Shown piece after piece: positions 42,798-59,018 of a stretch of 64,000 bases of DNA. Under the pieces are notes generated by a model that did not search any database, was not told the origin of the DNA, and saw nothing but the letters and a program-made list of their open reading frames with translations. The DNA comes from the human T2T-CHM13v2.0 reference genome, Homo sapiens. The first letter of the stretch is position 1; every line of letters begins with the position of its first letter. The translations under genes and the position numbers were made by a program. The stretch is from the NCBI RefSeq assembly GCF_009914755.1, contig NC_060931.1; one strand, written 5' to 3'.

Positions 42798-42902
42798 CTG
42801 AATGATCAACTGATTTTGCTAGATCATCTGAAATTATTCCAAGAATGTCATCATCTGTGTTTAAAACTTCAGAAATATCAGCTAATGGGTCATCAGCAGG
42901 AC
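42798..42902 (-). CDS. KMT2C: KMT2C exon ~28 (105 nt; PADDPLADISEVL...DHS)
   Basis: atttag|GTCCTG acceptor; CAG|gtatat donor. Confidence 0.93.
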
Positions 42903-43399
42903 CTAAATATAGTAAATATGTTTTTTAAAATTTCAGTATTTTCTCAGATATTAAGCCATTTGCTAAAAACCTAGAGTACAGCAGATACTGAGTGAGGCAA
43001 GTACTGGAATAAAAACCTGAGACTCTTAATTTTACAGTAAAAATTTTCCATAGCAAAGGAGATAATGTTTTGAATTACAAAAATTTACTAAAAATTCAGA
43101 CGATTTTGTCTTGTGACTAATGTATATTGAGACAAAATTTAAAGACCTGTAGGCAATAAAAGTGAAACAGAATAAATGCTGTAAGAAACAAAGCAAAGAA
43201 AAAAAAGTTTTTCATTAAGAAAGTGGCATGTCTAAAAGTGACATTGAGAAATTAAAACACAGTAGGAAAAGTTAAAATATGAAAGACAAACCTGTCACTC
43301 TTTAGAAATTCCATATGGAGCACAAGCCAGAAATTCCATATGGAGCACAAGCCAGGTACCATCTAGTAACTACTTGCAGCTTTGCTGTTCATACTGATT

Positions 43400-44200
43400 A
43401 CTCACTCATTTATTTTAAAAAGTATTTCACTACCCACAGAACTGTGTCTATGGATCACGTATCAGGCATTGCCCACTCAGTAATGACTGAAACAAAGTGC
43501 TTGCCCTCAGAGGGCTTACTTTCTCAGGGGGAGTTAGTAAATAAACGACATCGCTGTAAGTGCTATTTAAAGAAAAAACAAGGAAAAAGGATTAAAAATA
43601 AGCTGCGGGGATGTTGTATTAGACAGAGTGGTCTATGAAGACCTTTAGGAGATGACTGAGCATAAAACTAAATGAGGGAGTAAGTTATATGCACAAAGAT
43701 GGAGATAACCCTCCAAACTAAGGCAAAGCAGACATAAAGCCCCTGGGGCAAGCCGGGTTTGCCAACGAGAGGCCAGAGTGTTAACAGTAAGAAAAACTGT
43801 GGTAAGGATAAAAAAGAGGCAGCTAGGGCAAGATTATGTTAAGATTTTAGAGATTATGGGGAAGACTGGGTTTTATTCTGAAGTGTAATGAGAAGTTGCT
43901 GGGAGGCTGAAAGATAGGAGATGACTAATATTTTAAAGGGAACATACTGGCTGCTATATGTAGAGCAGATGAGGGGTGGGAATTAGAGAGGGGCTGGTAA
44001 GATTAGAAAAGGGCACTGGTGCAGTCTGAGAGGTGAGGTGATGACAGCACCAGGGTTCTAAGGAAAGCTGAGACAAGTGGTCGGCTTTGGGACGTATTTT
44101 GAAGGCAGACACAAACGTGGATGAATGAAAGGGAAAGAAAAGTCAAGGAGGATTCTACGGGTTTGGGCTTAACCAAGAAACTATTGGAACTCTTGTTTAG
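43400..44200 (-). mobile_element. L2 remnant (approximate bounds)
   Basis: L2 3' motifs (cactcatttatt...tgccctca...gacatttga-like, tattttgaagg). Confidence 0.55.
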
Positions 44201-45558
44201 GCTAGCTTTAATAATTATATTAGTCATTCAGTAAAGAGAAACTGAAATTTTTAATCCATCTCAAGCTTATTTTTACTTAAAAGGGGGAGGAGGGCATAAA
44301 TGTAATATTCCAGGTCAAATACTTCTGTCAAACAGTCTTGGTCCCATTATATAGTTTTCAAAATGTAATTCATATGTAACATATCACATTAAGTTTTGCG
44401 TGCCCAAATATCCAGGAACTTTTTAGAGAAAATTATTTCAATAATGACAACACTGTAGTTGAATGAAAAAAAATCTGGATAATTTTTTTAGGAGTCATAT
44501 AGCAGTTTTTTGTTTTAAAGTAATGGAATTCTACTATACAATTATAACTAATTTTTTAAAGACTGTTTTACAAGTTTGCCCCTACCTAAAGGATTTTATA
44601 TCTGAATAAATCATTAAAATTGATATAATAGGCTACAATGAATGACATGTTAAAAAAAAGCCTTTAGTCATTAATTTTCCATTATAAAGTGAAAAGAGTA
44701 GTTCAATTGCAAAGAACAATTAATCTAGGTTTTGAAATGGGTATATTTTTCTAGTCCTCCAAGTTTTGGCCTTATTGTAAAACTGTTCTCTCTTCAGTAT
44801 TTTTGTGGAAAAAAATAAATAAAGAAAAAAAAAAACTTGTATCAATATCTTTCCTATATGTTCTCTGTCCAATTTCAATCCTTTTGCTTTTAAAACTCAA
44901 GTGCAAAGAGCTCCTATTTAAGTCTTCAAAGTGGCTAGTTATGAGAGTTATAAGATAAACTTTATCGTAAAATATCCTTTGAAGGACCCACAGGTCTTTC
45001 ATTATACATTATTTTTAACAACATACTGACAAGGACAAGAGCAGGTCATACTTAAAACAACAGAATTAAAGTAGGAGGTAAAAAATATGTAAGATTGAAC
45101 AAACAAGAAGCATGACCTCACTACCAACAATGAGGCAGACTGGACATGCACATGTGTCCAACACGGGGTAAGATTGCTTCTAATTATTTCAAAAAGTCAA
45201 AATCAAAAATAGTTGTCAGTATTTCAATTCAGGATAATGCCAAGTTAATGAAGCATTAACTACTTAACATCCAAAGTCATTTTTCAGTGGAAGATTGCTT
45301 TAAAATTGTTTTTCAAAATGAGTTTATAAAATTAACTGAGTAACAAATGCAATTAATGGTAAAAAAAGGAAGCTTACCAAAAGAACAATGATTTACAATT
45401 GACAGAACCATAGGGGAGAAGTGGGAGAAACACTGATCAAGACACTTACCTACCCAATGAGTTAAACTCCTAGAGCCTTGCTGACATTGCTGTAACTCTG
45501 TAAATACATCAAGTTCTCATACCTTTCTCTGATTGTTAATAGTTCCTGCATTTAGGAT

Positions 45559-45739
45559 AATGGTTCTCAACCGGGGGTGATTTTGCCCACCAAAACCAAA
45601 AGGTATTTGGCAATATCTGGAGATATTTTTGATCATCATGAGGCCAAAGATGCTGTTAAACATCCTTCTATACACCAGAAAGGCTCCCTCCCACAACAAA
45701 GAATTACTGGTGCAAACTGTCAGCAGTAAGAAACCATGA
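45559..45739. mobile_element. MER20-like
   Basis: tggttctcaaccgggggtgattttgccc...tttggcaatatctggaga...cccacaacaaagaatta. Confidence 0.8.
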
Positions 45740-46169
45740 CCTAGGGCAACAGACTTCACTGTAGTAACACAGTATGCCAGCAAGTTCCCAAGTACCCCCA
45801 CATCCATTTCGGTTTCTCTGTTTTGAATTTAAGCTGTATGATTAACAAAAATCTATCTTAGATTTTTAGTCAAAAAGTCACTGTTGGCCAAATTATAACC
45901 CCTCACATTGCCCTCAGCAAAGTGTAAACCAAATGTTTTCCTTCACAACTCTTGATGTTGGTACTAGTTACACAGGTAAATTAATTTGCTACATCTTATA
46001 CACCTGTCCACTTAAAATAGTTCCACTTACTGAATGTAAGTTATACTTCAATGCTGTTGATTTTTAAAATGCATATGAGGCCAAACAAAAACATTTCAAA
46101 AAGATTTAACTGAAAGGAAGATGTATGTTATATGATATAAAGAAAATATCTGTGAATAATTCTACATAC

Positions 46170-46350
46170 CGTGAGTTCCAGATTTTGTTGGAGCCGAGGA
46201 TGAACTAAGTAGTGGATCTAAGGAAGGATCCAAGAAACCTGTGTTCATGTTTGTTTTATATAAAAGCTGAGCTCCATCTTCTGACAGATTATCTAAACTT
46301 ATCTTGCTTTGTCTACTTGTATCTAGAAGATCTTTTCCAAAGAAAGCTTC
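46170..46350 (-). CDS. KMT2C: KMT2C exon ~27 (181 nt; EAFFGKDLLD...SGTH)
   Basis: atctag|GAAGCT acceptor; ACG|gtatgt donor. Confidence 0.93.
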
Positions 46351-47337
46351 CTAGATGAAGATAAGCACATACAAAAATGGTTAGAAAATTCTAAAAAGAC
46401 AATAGATTATTCTGTCATGGTTTTTGACAAGGAAGCAGAAATAACAGAAAAGGTTTATATTTAACAATATAGAAACTGAATACAGAAGTATTAAAAAATA
46501 GAAATATCCTGTCAATTATTTTATATAGATTCTCCTTATTTTAAAAATAAGATTTTTTGGTAGCTTTACTAGAGACAAAATTATGGAAATAAAACCACAC
46601 AATTATACCAAAGGTTTCTAGAAACTGCAGAATAGCTTCATGAGTATTATTAATTTTTATAGATTACTTGCAGAGGACAGCATAAGACTTTGATCTACGG
46701 CTTTAATATTTACTTCAGGTAGATTTGTAATCTATTGATTCATATAACCACACTTACACTATAAGACTACTTACATCATCAATCTGAAAGACGGTTTTAT
46801 AGTCAGTTTAGCCATACTATGTGTGCAATATTTACAGCTACTAAAGGCTTGTGGTTTTCTATTTATTTAGGCATATTAACATTTTTCCATTTCAATATAC
46901 TTTCAAGCTGGGTTCCTTGCAACTCCAAGATCTCTCCAAAATTTCTCAAAAATCAATACCAAAGACAAAAGGGAAGCACAGTTCCACCCCTTTACCCTGC
47001 TTCAACCCAGGAACTCTGCTTTAGTCTATATCCTATGATGTAGTCTATCTGGAAAAAGGATCCTCCATACAGGACAATTTTGCAATACAACATTTAACAC
47101 ATTCTTGCCAAACATGCACAAAAAAGTTCACTGTAGCATATTTTGTAATGTCAAGAAGTAAAAATGGCCTTAATGTCTATCAACAGGCATAGAACTATCC
47201 AAATTATAGACACTTATATTACAAAATACAACAATTTTTTAAAAGTATATAGTTCTATGTTATCAAAGAAAAAGCCCTAAAATACATTACTAAAAGAAAG
47301 TAAGTTGAATTACACATACAGTAAATTATAAAATACA

Positions 47338-47627
<290 letters not shown>

Positions 47628-48183
47628 TTAGAAAGTTCAAATCAAGACTATTATAAGTTTGCAAAAATAAATTATAAAAAAGTTTCTGAAGGACAAATGC
47701 CAAATTATTAACAATACTACCCTTTGAGAAAAGAGATTGGGAGTGTGTGAAGTCTGGTGGAGGCAATGATATATCTGATTTGAAATGTTCACATTTTAAA
47801 TGAAAAAGTCATCTCACTATGAAAAATCTAAAAATTCACAAAACTAGAATACCAGGTAGAAGAGGATTCATTTCTTATAATAAGCAATGCTTTTATCATT
47901 AGAAAAAATGATGAACAGCAGAAAGCGTTTTAGAAGTTTAGAGGTCATTTATTTAATGCCTTCAGTATAAATCTGAGAAATCTTACACCATCATCAGCAA
48001 GAATTCTGTCTAATGACTCATGACTTTACTGGTGTTTATCAAAAACTGTGTCACCCTTATTAATTTAGTGTGTTTTACATTCCCTGTAGATAACATAAAG
48101 AGGGGGCTCCATCCATATCGTCTCTAAAAGTCCAAGAAAACTACCATTAAAAAGGCCTCCCTCATGTCACACATACAGACACA

Positions 48184-48184
<1 letters not shown>

Positions 48185-48222
<38 letters not shown>
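48185..48222. repeat. (AC)19 microsatellite
   Basis: Direct reading. Confidence 0.95.
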
Positions 48223-48226
<4 letters not shown>

Positions 48227-49824
48227 AAAGTTACTGATGTGCAACAGGGGAACAAGACGGCCCAGGAGACTAAGATCACAGCAGTAATTGGGAAATTAGA
48301 CCTAATAATTTTAAAGACTCTTTTGCCAAAGTATTAAATGGCTAGTTTTCATACTTGCAGAAACACCTAAAGAAAGCTTCTTAAATTTATATTACACTTT
48401 ACAGAAGGATCAATAGGAGGAAAAGTAGGTTGCCATCACAATATTCCTAGAAAGGACTATTAAGAAGGGAGGTAAAGGGAATCCCAGGAGAAAACAACAA
48501 CAAAGATGAAAAAAAAAAAAAAAAAAAAAAAAAAGGTAAGCCAACCTATAAATGGATTTTTTTTCCTGACCAATTAAATGATCGTTTAAAAAAAAACAAA
48601 GGTGCAAACCTAGGATATAAGAGATTGAGGGGAAAAACATGTATGAAGGATATACAAAAAGTAAGGCACAGGCTAGGCACTTTACATACATACTCTCACT
48701 GAACTTCTGAGCATTTCTGAGAGGCACCACTATGTCACAAATGAGGAAACCGAGACACAAGAGATGTTAAACAGAACAAAATCACACAGCTAACTGGTAG
48801 TGGAATGGTGTTTAAATCCTGACTTTATAGGCTGAGCTCTAACATGAATACTGCCATTAAGATGTTAGTAGCTACAAAAAAGAAAATTGAGGAAGTTGTA
48901 TGCTAGTTGAAAGGCAATGTATTTTAAAACCAATTAAACTAGTAATACCTAACTGGAAAATTGATGTAAAAAATAAATGCAACTCAGGCAATGAAGGGTT
49001 ATCTGTGTAAGCCATAGTTTCTTAGGAGGAACAGATCAGATGAATAGTTGTCTACAATGAAATGAGGATGGCCTCTCAATGATAGTCTGTTCCAGTTCAA
49101 TTTTAACACATGAAGAAATAGAGGCCAGGAAGGATGAATAACACGCTTAGGAATTTACAATTAGTTAGATGCAGAGCCAGATATTTAATCTCAGTACAAT
49201 TTCTAATATTGAGCTGTTTCCGTATCACATGGCCTTAAACTCTGACTTAATGTTTACAAGATGAACTAGAAAAAAATTTTTTTTGTAGTCTACATCTATC
49301 AAACATAATTTATTCGTACTGAAAGGTATTTTTCTGATGTGTATTTTGGAAAACAAAAAGAATACTGCTTAAATCTTTGGTTCTCCAGGCCTCTAAAAGT
49401 GGTAACGATTATTAAAGCTATAACTTTGGCTGAAAAGCCTATCTTTAATCAATGAATATAATTAATGTAACTTGTATTGGCAAAGGAAATTTCAACAGAA
49501 CTTGGGTGTGGGGTATACATAGCTATCAATGACTTGGAAGATTGAGTTTTTCCTATCCCAAAGTGTCCTTGTTACATCTTATAGAATGCTTAGAAGTGAA
49601 CAACTGGTATTAAAAAAGCAATTTATGACAAGTATCAAAGCACACAAAAAAAGTAAATTTAATTTTTATGGACCCCTGAAAGGTAAAAATGGCATTTATG
49701 ATGACTAAATGACAACAAAACAAGTAAAACATTAACAAAAACAACAAACCTATGTTTTAAAACTCAATACATTTTATTTCCTCAATTAACAAACCATGTA
49801 AAATAATGTAAAGCAAAATATTAC

Positions 49825-49955
49825 TTGTAAATAGGCAGGGAAAGTTTCTTCAAGCTTATTTTTCCTTTTTCGGTATCTCTTCTTTATTTTTTCAGTGCTT
49901 TCAGTAACAGAAACAGATTCATCAACTAAAGTATCTGGTAACTGCTCACTCCAGC
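49825..49955 (-). CDS. KMT2C: KMT2C exon ~26 (131 nt; WSEQLP...KKRYRKRKNKLEETFPAYLQ)
   Basis: tttcag|GCTGGA acceptor; CAA|gtaata donor. Confidence 0.93.
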
Positions 49956-50957
49956 CTGAAACAACAGTCACATTTATAAATATGTGACATTTAAAATTTC
50001 TAGACAAACCCACTGAAGGTAATTTTATACCTTACCAACATACACACAGTTTCATATAAACAAACAAGCTTTTTGAACAAAAAAATCTCAAATCAAGTTT
50101 GTTACTTTTAAGTGCCATAAAATTTTGATTTCATGTCTACTTAGTATTAGCATTTTTCCTATTTTCTTAATAATCGATTACAAAGCAAAAACGTATTTAT
50201 TTAAACATATTTTGTTAAAGAGTAAAATAATAATAATAATAATAATAAATACCCAAAGCTCATGAGTATGACGAAATGGCAACTTATAAACTATTAAGAG
50301 AAATTCTGTGGGTGTAACTTTTTTGTAGGGTGTATTGAGAATACTCAACAAAAACCTTAAAGAAAAAGTGTGTCCTTTAATACAGCAATTCCAAGTTCAG
50401 AAATTTATTATAAATTATTTGTAGGATATACACATTGTGAAAACATGACGATGAATATGCTAATAAATATGCAATGAACACTTATTCTTGAAATCAGAAA
50501 TGGAAATAAATTTGGGGACTATGAAACTAGCAAAGAAACAAGAACACAGCTTAAATTTGACAAATAAACAATCAAATGATATTCTCAGATGCTTCATAAT
50601 GGCAGGGCAAATGGCACATCCCTTCTGAAAATCAATATGGGCACTCTACCACCAGACTACGTAAGTGAATTGACTCTTCTGAAAACTAGAAATAGACAAA
50701 CATTTTTTACAACAATCTTTTTAAAGGCACCAGTAACCTAGCCAGAACATAAGGAATCCATGAAAAACAAAAATTAAGATAAATAAGGAACCACAGAAGT
50801 AAGCAAAAAAGTAAAAGCTCTCCGAAATTTGCTGAAATCCAATGACCTCAAACTCCAATTTTCAGAGCATTGCGAGGAATAGGGAATAGAAGACAAAGCT
50901 TAAGGCCTCTCTCCAAGGCAGACAGGCCAGAGGTGACTTGCATAAAGCTCAGGGTCA

Positions 50958-51552
<595 letters not shown>

Positions 51553-51996
51553 AAAACTGAGGTGCACTGTCACTTGAGAATTTCAAATTATATGATAAGT
51601 AGCTAAGGCAGTCAAAGAAAGGCTTTGGAGATGACCAGAAAGTACCTTATGTAACTAAGTTATTCAGTCCCTAAACCATTTATATTTAAATATAGAAAAT
51701 ATATTTAATAATTTGATACAGGAAAAAAGAGCTTGTCAAAAAATCTCAAAAGAATAAAGTCTATTGGATTTAAACCATTTCCTTATAAAACCTGATTACT
51801 GTATTACAGATATGAACTCTATACGCACTCAAATCCTTTCATCAATAAAAGGCAATAAGACTCTTATTGAGTAACAATAAGAGGCAATAAGGCTCTTATT
51901 GACTGTAACATTATTTAGGATAGTTTTTTCCAATAGAAATATCAAGACCAAAGGGTTACATTAAAAAAAAAATTTTTTTTTAAGTCAGTACTATAC

Positions 51997-52116
51997 CATC
52001 ATCTCTGCAAGGTAACTGCTCGGAAATAGAGCCTGAGGAATCTTTTCTGATCACAGATCTTTTGGTTTTCCCTTGCCCAGTTCGACTTCTTTGCCGCACC
52101 ATAAATCCACCAATAC
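51997..52116 (-). CDS. KMT2C: KMT2C exon ~25 (120 nt; IGGFMVRQRSR...CRDD)
   Basis: ggatag|GTATTG acceptor; ATG|gtatag donor. Confidence 0.93.
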
Positions 52117-52451
52117 CTATCCAAAAAAGAAATTAGGTAAACTGATAAGTAATTTCTCCCTACATTTCCACAGTACACAGGATAAAACTGCTTTATCTTG
52201 AATAGTAAGTCATTTTCCAAAATTAAATCTGTGCTAATCTAAATCAATAACCTGATTTTTAGGTAAAATAGAAGTTAAAAACGACCAAAAAAAAAAAAAA
52301 AAAAGGCAAAGCCACTCTTATCACTTATCAAACAGAATACAAAAAGACCTGTGTGCACTTCCTCTTCTCAACAGTATCAGTGTAAATATCAAACACTAAA
52401 TTACGCTGGCTTATCTATTTGACAAATATTAGTGCCTCATACATCACATAA

Positions 52452-52739
52452 CAGTCATGCACTGCATAATGATGTTGGTCAACAAAGGGCTGCATGTCAA
52501 GGCAGTGGTCCCATAAGATTATAATGGAGCTGAAAAATTCCCACCACATACAGACATCACCGTAGTTATAACACCGTAGCACAATTACTTTATTTTTTTA
52601 AATGAATTTAGCGTACCATACAGCCTAAATGTGTAGTAAGCTATACCATCTAGGTTTGTGGAAGTGCACTCTATGATGTTCACGCAACGATGAAAATGCC
52701 TAATGATGTATTTCTCTGAACTTAAGTGATGGATGACTG
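52452..52739. mobile_element. Tigger3a/MER7-like MITE
   Basis: cagtcatgc...ggtcccataagattataatgg...ctataccatctaggtttgtg...atgactg. Confidence 0.8.
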
Positions 52740-54190
52740 TCTGTATATTAACCGGCTAACTGGTACATTAGCTGGAGGATAGAAGGCACAAACTACCTAG
52801 ATGACACAAATATTCTTTGACTGATATGATTTCAGGGGGACGGTGTCTGGTACTCCAAGGTATGAGGGCATTTATACATGGGACACATAGAGCCCTGTGT
52901 TTAACAGCATGGAATCTGGAGTCAGACTATGTAATTCTGCTTACTAAATACTTCTCAATGCCTCAGTTCTTTCACTGGTTAAAAAAGGGGGTGAGGCAAA
53001 GCAGCTTCTCATACACATGTTAAAAGGACAAATAACATAAGTGAAGTGCTTAGAATAGAGGTCTGGTACACAGTCAACACTATAAGCTTTTGTGAAATGA
53101 TATCGTTGTCTAGCAATTTACTCCGTGACCTAATGGGTCCCTCAATTAGAGGGTTGACTTCCATGTGAGGCAGAGGAAAAGAAAAAAAAAACGGTAAATA
53201 CAAGTTCCTGGAAGAAATCTGCAATGTCTAAAAAAGTACACTTATAAGCCTCATGATCAGGAAGAAATGAAATCATTTTCATAAAACAATTCAGAAGCAA
53301 CTAATCTTAGGTCCTTATTATAGATATGACCTATTTAAAAGATAGGTTATCTTTTAAGGTCTCATGGAATACGAATGAAGTAAGAAAGTTCTTCCTTCCA
53401 TATCAAAAGGGATTTAGATCACTCTTACCAATAAAATATAAGCAATAAGAAGCATAAAGATTGTACAAATCCAATTTAAAACCTCATTGGTAAACAAGAT
53501 ATTAATAAACTGCCTAAGGAAAGCCTACTCAACACGTGTGATAAGCGGGAAAAAAATTTTTTAAATAAATACATAAAAGCCTACAACTTCTGTATTGTGA
53601 CAATTTTAATAATTTTTTCCAATAAGGCAAATAAAACTGACAAGCAAGACCGCTTTTCTCTCCACTCCTGAGGCAGATAAGAAATGAGTGTTTAATCAGT
53701 CATGGTTTTTAACTGGACTATAAATTCTAGGAGCCATAATAACTCTGTCTTATTCCCCTTCACACTGTATACTTACTGGCACTCCTGCATAAACACTGAA
53801 ATAAGTTTTTTCAAAAAAAGATATTAGAAAGTGAATACTGAAAATTAAAAGCGTTACAGAAGTACACATCCAGAGGAACTATATAAATGGCCTTCAAAGT
53901 CCAAGTATGAACAAAAGCCAATCTAGTAAAGCCTTTAATAAAATGGTTAACATTTGGGACAAGGCATTCAATAATGATTCATTGTGAAGTATTCACACAT
54001 TCAAAATAAAGAACTCTAGAGCTAAAAAGTCGTATTCAAATAGTTTAGTTCTTTAATTTATGTGCACATATTTTTGTTTAGACAGTTCTGAAGCCTGAAT
54101 ATTTAATTTTAATTGAAGTCTTCAGTATTGTATTTTTCTTTAATTAACCAAGTGTTGATGATATTGAAATGTCTACCTCAGGCACTATAC

Positions 54191-54319
54191 CTGGTCTGTA
54201 TGGTTTCCTTTTTCTCTTTTTGACACCATCTGTTCCTTCCACTCCCTTAGTTTCATCATCCACAGCTTCCCGCTCAGGACTAGATTCTGATTTTCCATCA
54301 CAATCCATAAGTTCTCCTT
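54191..54319 (-). CDS. KMT2C: KMT2C exon ~24 (129 nt; GELMDCDGK...KKRKRKPYRP)
   Basis: ttccag|AAGGAG acceptor; CAG|gtatag donor. Confidence 0.93.
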
Positions 54320-54599
54320 CTGGAAAAAAGTAAATGTATACACAAAACTGGAAAAACCTATCAAATATATAATCCCTACATAATGGGGAATAAAAAGTAG
54401 GGTTGTTGCTGAGCCATTTTAATTGTACATCCCTGTTGGTAGGGAAAGTATGAAAGGAGATAGAAGAAGCCCCAAATGGTTGTAGAAATTGTGCTGCTTA
54501 GTGCAGTGTTCCCATGAAATAAAACATAATCAGAGAAGGGGAACACAGAACTCAGAGTTCTGTTAAGTGCAATCCATTTGCACTTAACAAATTCACTTG

Positions 54600-55460
54600 C
54601 TTTTAATTATGTCTTCAGGTCCAGGTCTCTAGACTAGAACTCTCTTCTGAGCTTCAACCACAGCTATAATTGAATATTACCTAGTTACTGAAAACTGTAT
54701 ATCCAAAATGAACTACTAATTTAAAATAAACTTTCTCCTTTTTCCCATGTTACCTATCATCATTAAAAGGCATGGAAATGTAACCCGGAGAAGACAGAGG
54801 CCTGGAAGACCACCTCAATCATTCCTAATCTCTTTCCTCCTACAACCAAGACTTCTCAATACCTCTGAAATGCATTTTATCACTCTCTACTACCATCTTA
54901 GTCCAACCTCAGATGACTCACTATTAATACAACATGCTCCTATCTAGTTCCCCACCTTAAAGCTTACCTCTCTCCAATCAGTTCTTTAAATTACTGCATA
55001 AATGATCTTTCTATAAATATGTATCCATTTTCTGCTTAAAATCCTTTCATGTCTTCCCAATGCCCTCAAAATAAACTTTAAATTGCAAGGCCCATTACAA
55101 CAGTCTCTTGTAAACTTTCCAGCTTCATCTCACTCCCACCAGTGAACTACACTCAGTTCTTTGAATGTATCAAGCTCTTTCTTCCACTATCTTCCCCAAT
55201 TTCTGCCTTCTACCTAACTTATCTTTCAGGATTTATTCTAAACTTCACTGTATTAAAGAATTCCTGATATTTAGAAAAGATTATGTCAAACAGTTGTATG
55301 CTCCTATGTATTAATGTCATGCTTTATTTTTATTGGTTCTTTAAAATCTGTGTCCCTGCTAGACTATATTCTCCATGAGAACAGGTACACAGATTTTCTT
55401 AGTAACAGATGTATTGTTAGTAGGATACCTAATACATGTTCAATAAATACTTCACTGAAT
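54600..55460 (+). mobile_element. L2 remnant (approximate bounds)
   Basis: L2 3' end motifs: ctagact...ctccatgaga.cagg...caataaatact..tgaatga. Confidence 0.55.
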
Positions 55461-55737
55461 GAGGTAAATGGAATGCTTAGAGAATGCTATTTTAGAGAAT
55501 GCTATTTTAACACTATGGTAATCAAACTTTTCCAAGTTATATATGCTTTACATTGTATTACAGGAAAAAGACATGTTTATCAAATACATTTTAAAATCAA
55601 GTTGTTAACTCCTTCAATATTCTCAGTATTAGAGATAACATATTTCAGTAATGGCATGAACAGGGTATTTGTCTTTTGTTTTTTATTATATTTGGTCTAT
55701 ATTTGAGGCCAATTCCATAACAATCTGATAATGGCTA

Positions 55738-56365
<628 letters not shown>

Positions 56366-56369
56366 TGAC

Positions 56370-58300
56370 AGGGAATTTTGAGTTAAGATGGCAGACTAAA
56401 TTCATATGTTAAAATTACATTCTCCTGAAACCCTACTAAAAAACACACTGAAATAATCTATTTTTAAAAGATAAAATCAAGCTGTGGCATGGTGGCATGC
56501 CGGTAATCCCAGCTATTTGGGAGGCTGAGGTGGGAGAAGAGAATTGCTTGAGCCCAGAAGGTTGAGGCTACAGTGAGTTATGATCACACTACTGCATTCT
56601 AGCCTGGACAACAGAGAAAGACCCAATCTCCTTTAAAAAAAAAAAAAAAAAGACAATAGGAAAGGAGAAAAACAACTTAACAAAGGCAAATTCTCAGTTG
56701 AGAGCAGAAAGAACTGAAAAAAAGAATCCAGTTTATAACACTCCTCAGAAGGCTGAGAAACTAGGAAAACTGGCCACCTTTGGAAATAAGTGGGAGAAAA
56801 CCCAAGCAACAAGAGATTTAATTATCTGCAGAAGTCATACTCCCTACATCTGCTTCCTAGGTTTACACACTGAGAAGCTGCTACTCTCATTTGTGGGATG
56901 CAGGATTCCTGGGTGACCTTAAATGGAACAATGGGATGAAGACTGAAAATAGGACCAAGAAAATATGGGCATACTAAATGTGGACAACCCCATCCTGCTC
57001 CCGCTGCCAGACCCCACGTTTCCCCACTGAATTCTCAGAAAGCTAGCAGCCAGATCTCTAGCCTCCAAGTATGAGGTTTGAAAAGACTGCAGTGGGGAAC
57101 CTGAGCAGTTCAAGAAGAACATCTAAAGATACGGAAACCAGAGGGTTCACCAAATGGTCAGCACAAATCACCCCACTAAACTTACAAATCGACAAGCACC
57201 ACCACATACAGAAAGCTTTCTAATCAACTACTTAATTCCTTTTTTAAAAAATAAAAATACTATCTATCCAGTCTCCATCTTTAGTTCTTCACTTTTAATC
57301 ATGCATGTACCATAAAGATTATCCGACTATGGTCTATAACAAGCTTGTCCAACCTGCAGCCAAGATGCTTTAAATGCAGCCCAACACAAATTCATAAACT
57401 TTCATAAAACATTATGAGACTTTTTATGAGTTTTTTTTTTTTTAAAAAAGCTCATCAGCTATCATTAGTGTATTTTATGTGTGGCCCAAGACAATGCTTC
57501 TTCCATTGTGGGCCATGGAAGCCAGAAGATCTGCAACACCCCTGATCTGTAACATGAAAGACAGAGACCTGAGAACATAAAAGACAATTTGGAATTAACA
57601 GACTAAGTAGGAAGAAAAAAAATCTTAAAAAAGATTAAAATCCTCTGAGGGATAATATAAGATACCCATGAGGCAAGAATAGGATGCTACAAAAGAAACA
57701 TTCAAAGGGAGGAAAGAAAGCTCTTGAAATAACTGAAATAGAAATAAAACTCAGTAGAGGAAGATAAAATAAGGACATGAATTGGAAAGAAGCAGAGAAA
57801 AACTGAGTATGTTTCACATCTGAAAAGCAGAATTCTGGAAAAACAGAGGGAATTGTTATCAATAATATAGTTCAAGAACATTTCCTACCACTGAAGGATA
57901 TAAGACAGCAGACTGAAAGAGACCACTCAGTGCCTAACAAAACAGATTTTAAAAATCAAAAATAGACAAAAACAGACGTTATCCTCATGAAATTTTAGAA
58001 CACTGAGGACAAAGAATTTCCCAAAATCTTAACAGCTTCCAAGAAAACGCAGGTCACATAGAGAGAACCGAGTTCTTCATATACTAGAAACTAAAAGACA
58101 GTGGATCAATTGACTAAAATTGATAAATGAAAATGTATTTCCAACCTGGAAAAGATGAGTCAGGTAGGAAGGTAAAATAAAGACATTTTCAGAAGTATAT
58201 AATGCTCAAAACTTACCTTCCACACATTCTCTGTCAGGGAGCTATGGAATATACGTTCCACCCAAATAGAGGGAAAAAATAAAGAGAAATTCATGAAATT
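56370..58300 (+). mobile_element. Ancient L1M 5'UTR/ORF1 remnant, interrupted by an Alu monomer (56480-56651) and MER30 (57340-57544)
   Basis: aagatggc start motif; A-rich ORF1-like sequence; MER30 motif gcagcccaacacaaattcataaacttt. Confidence 0.6.
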
Positions 58301-58657
58301 GCAGAAAACACATGTAACACAGGAGAGAACAGAAGATGATCTCCAGGATGATGAAGAGGAAATCCCCAAGTTAATCATATGTAATGGTTTGTGGCCAAGG
58401 ATAACACTGGATCTAGTACAAAGGCCACCTTTCACCTGAAACAATGCACACAAGGACAGTAAAAACCAAGAGAGCACTTTTATTGATGAGGTTCATAGTG
58501 ACACCAGTAAGCATACATGTTGAGACAAATGGCATAAAGTAGCACATACAGTGCCCTCACACAGGTGGTATCACTGTAGGCTAAAGTCTCTTCTAACCAA
58601 CATCTTCACAAGGGCCTTCTGATTCCCACAGGCTGAAATAAAGAAAAAGACCGTATC

Positions 58658-59018
<361 letters not shown>

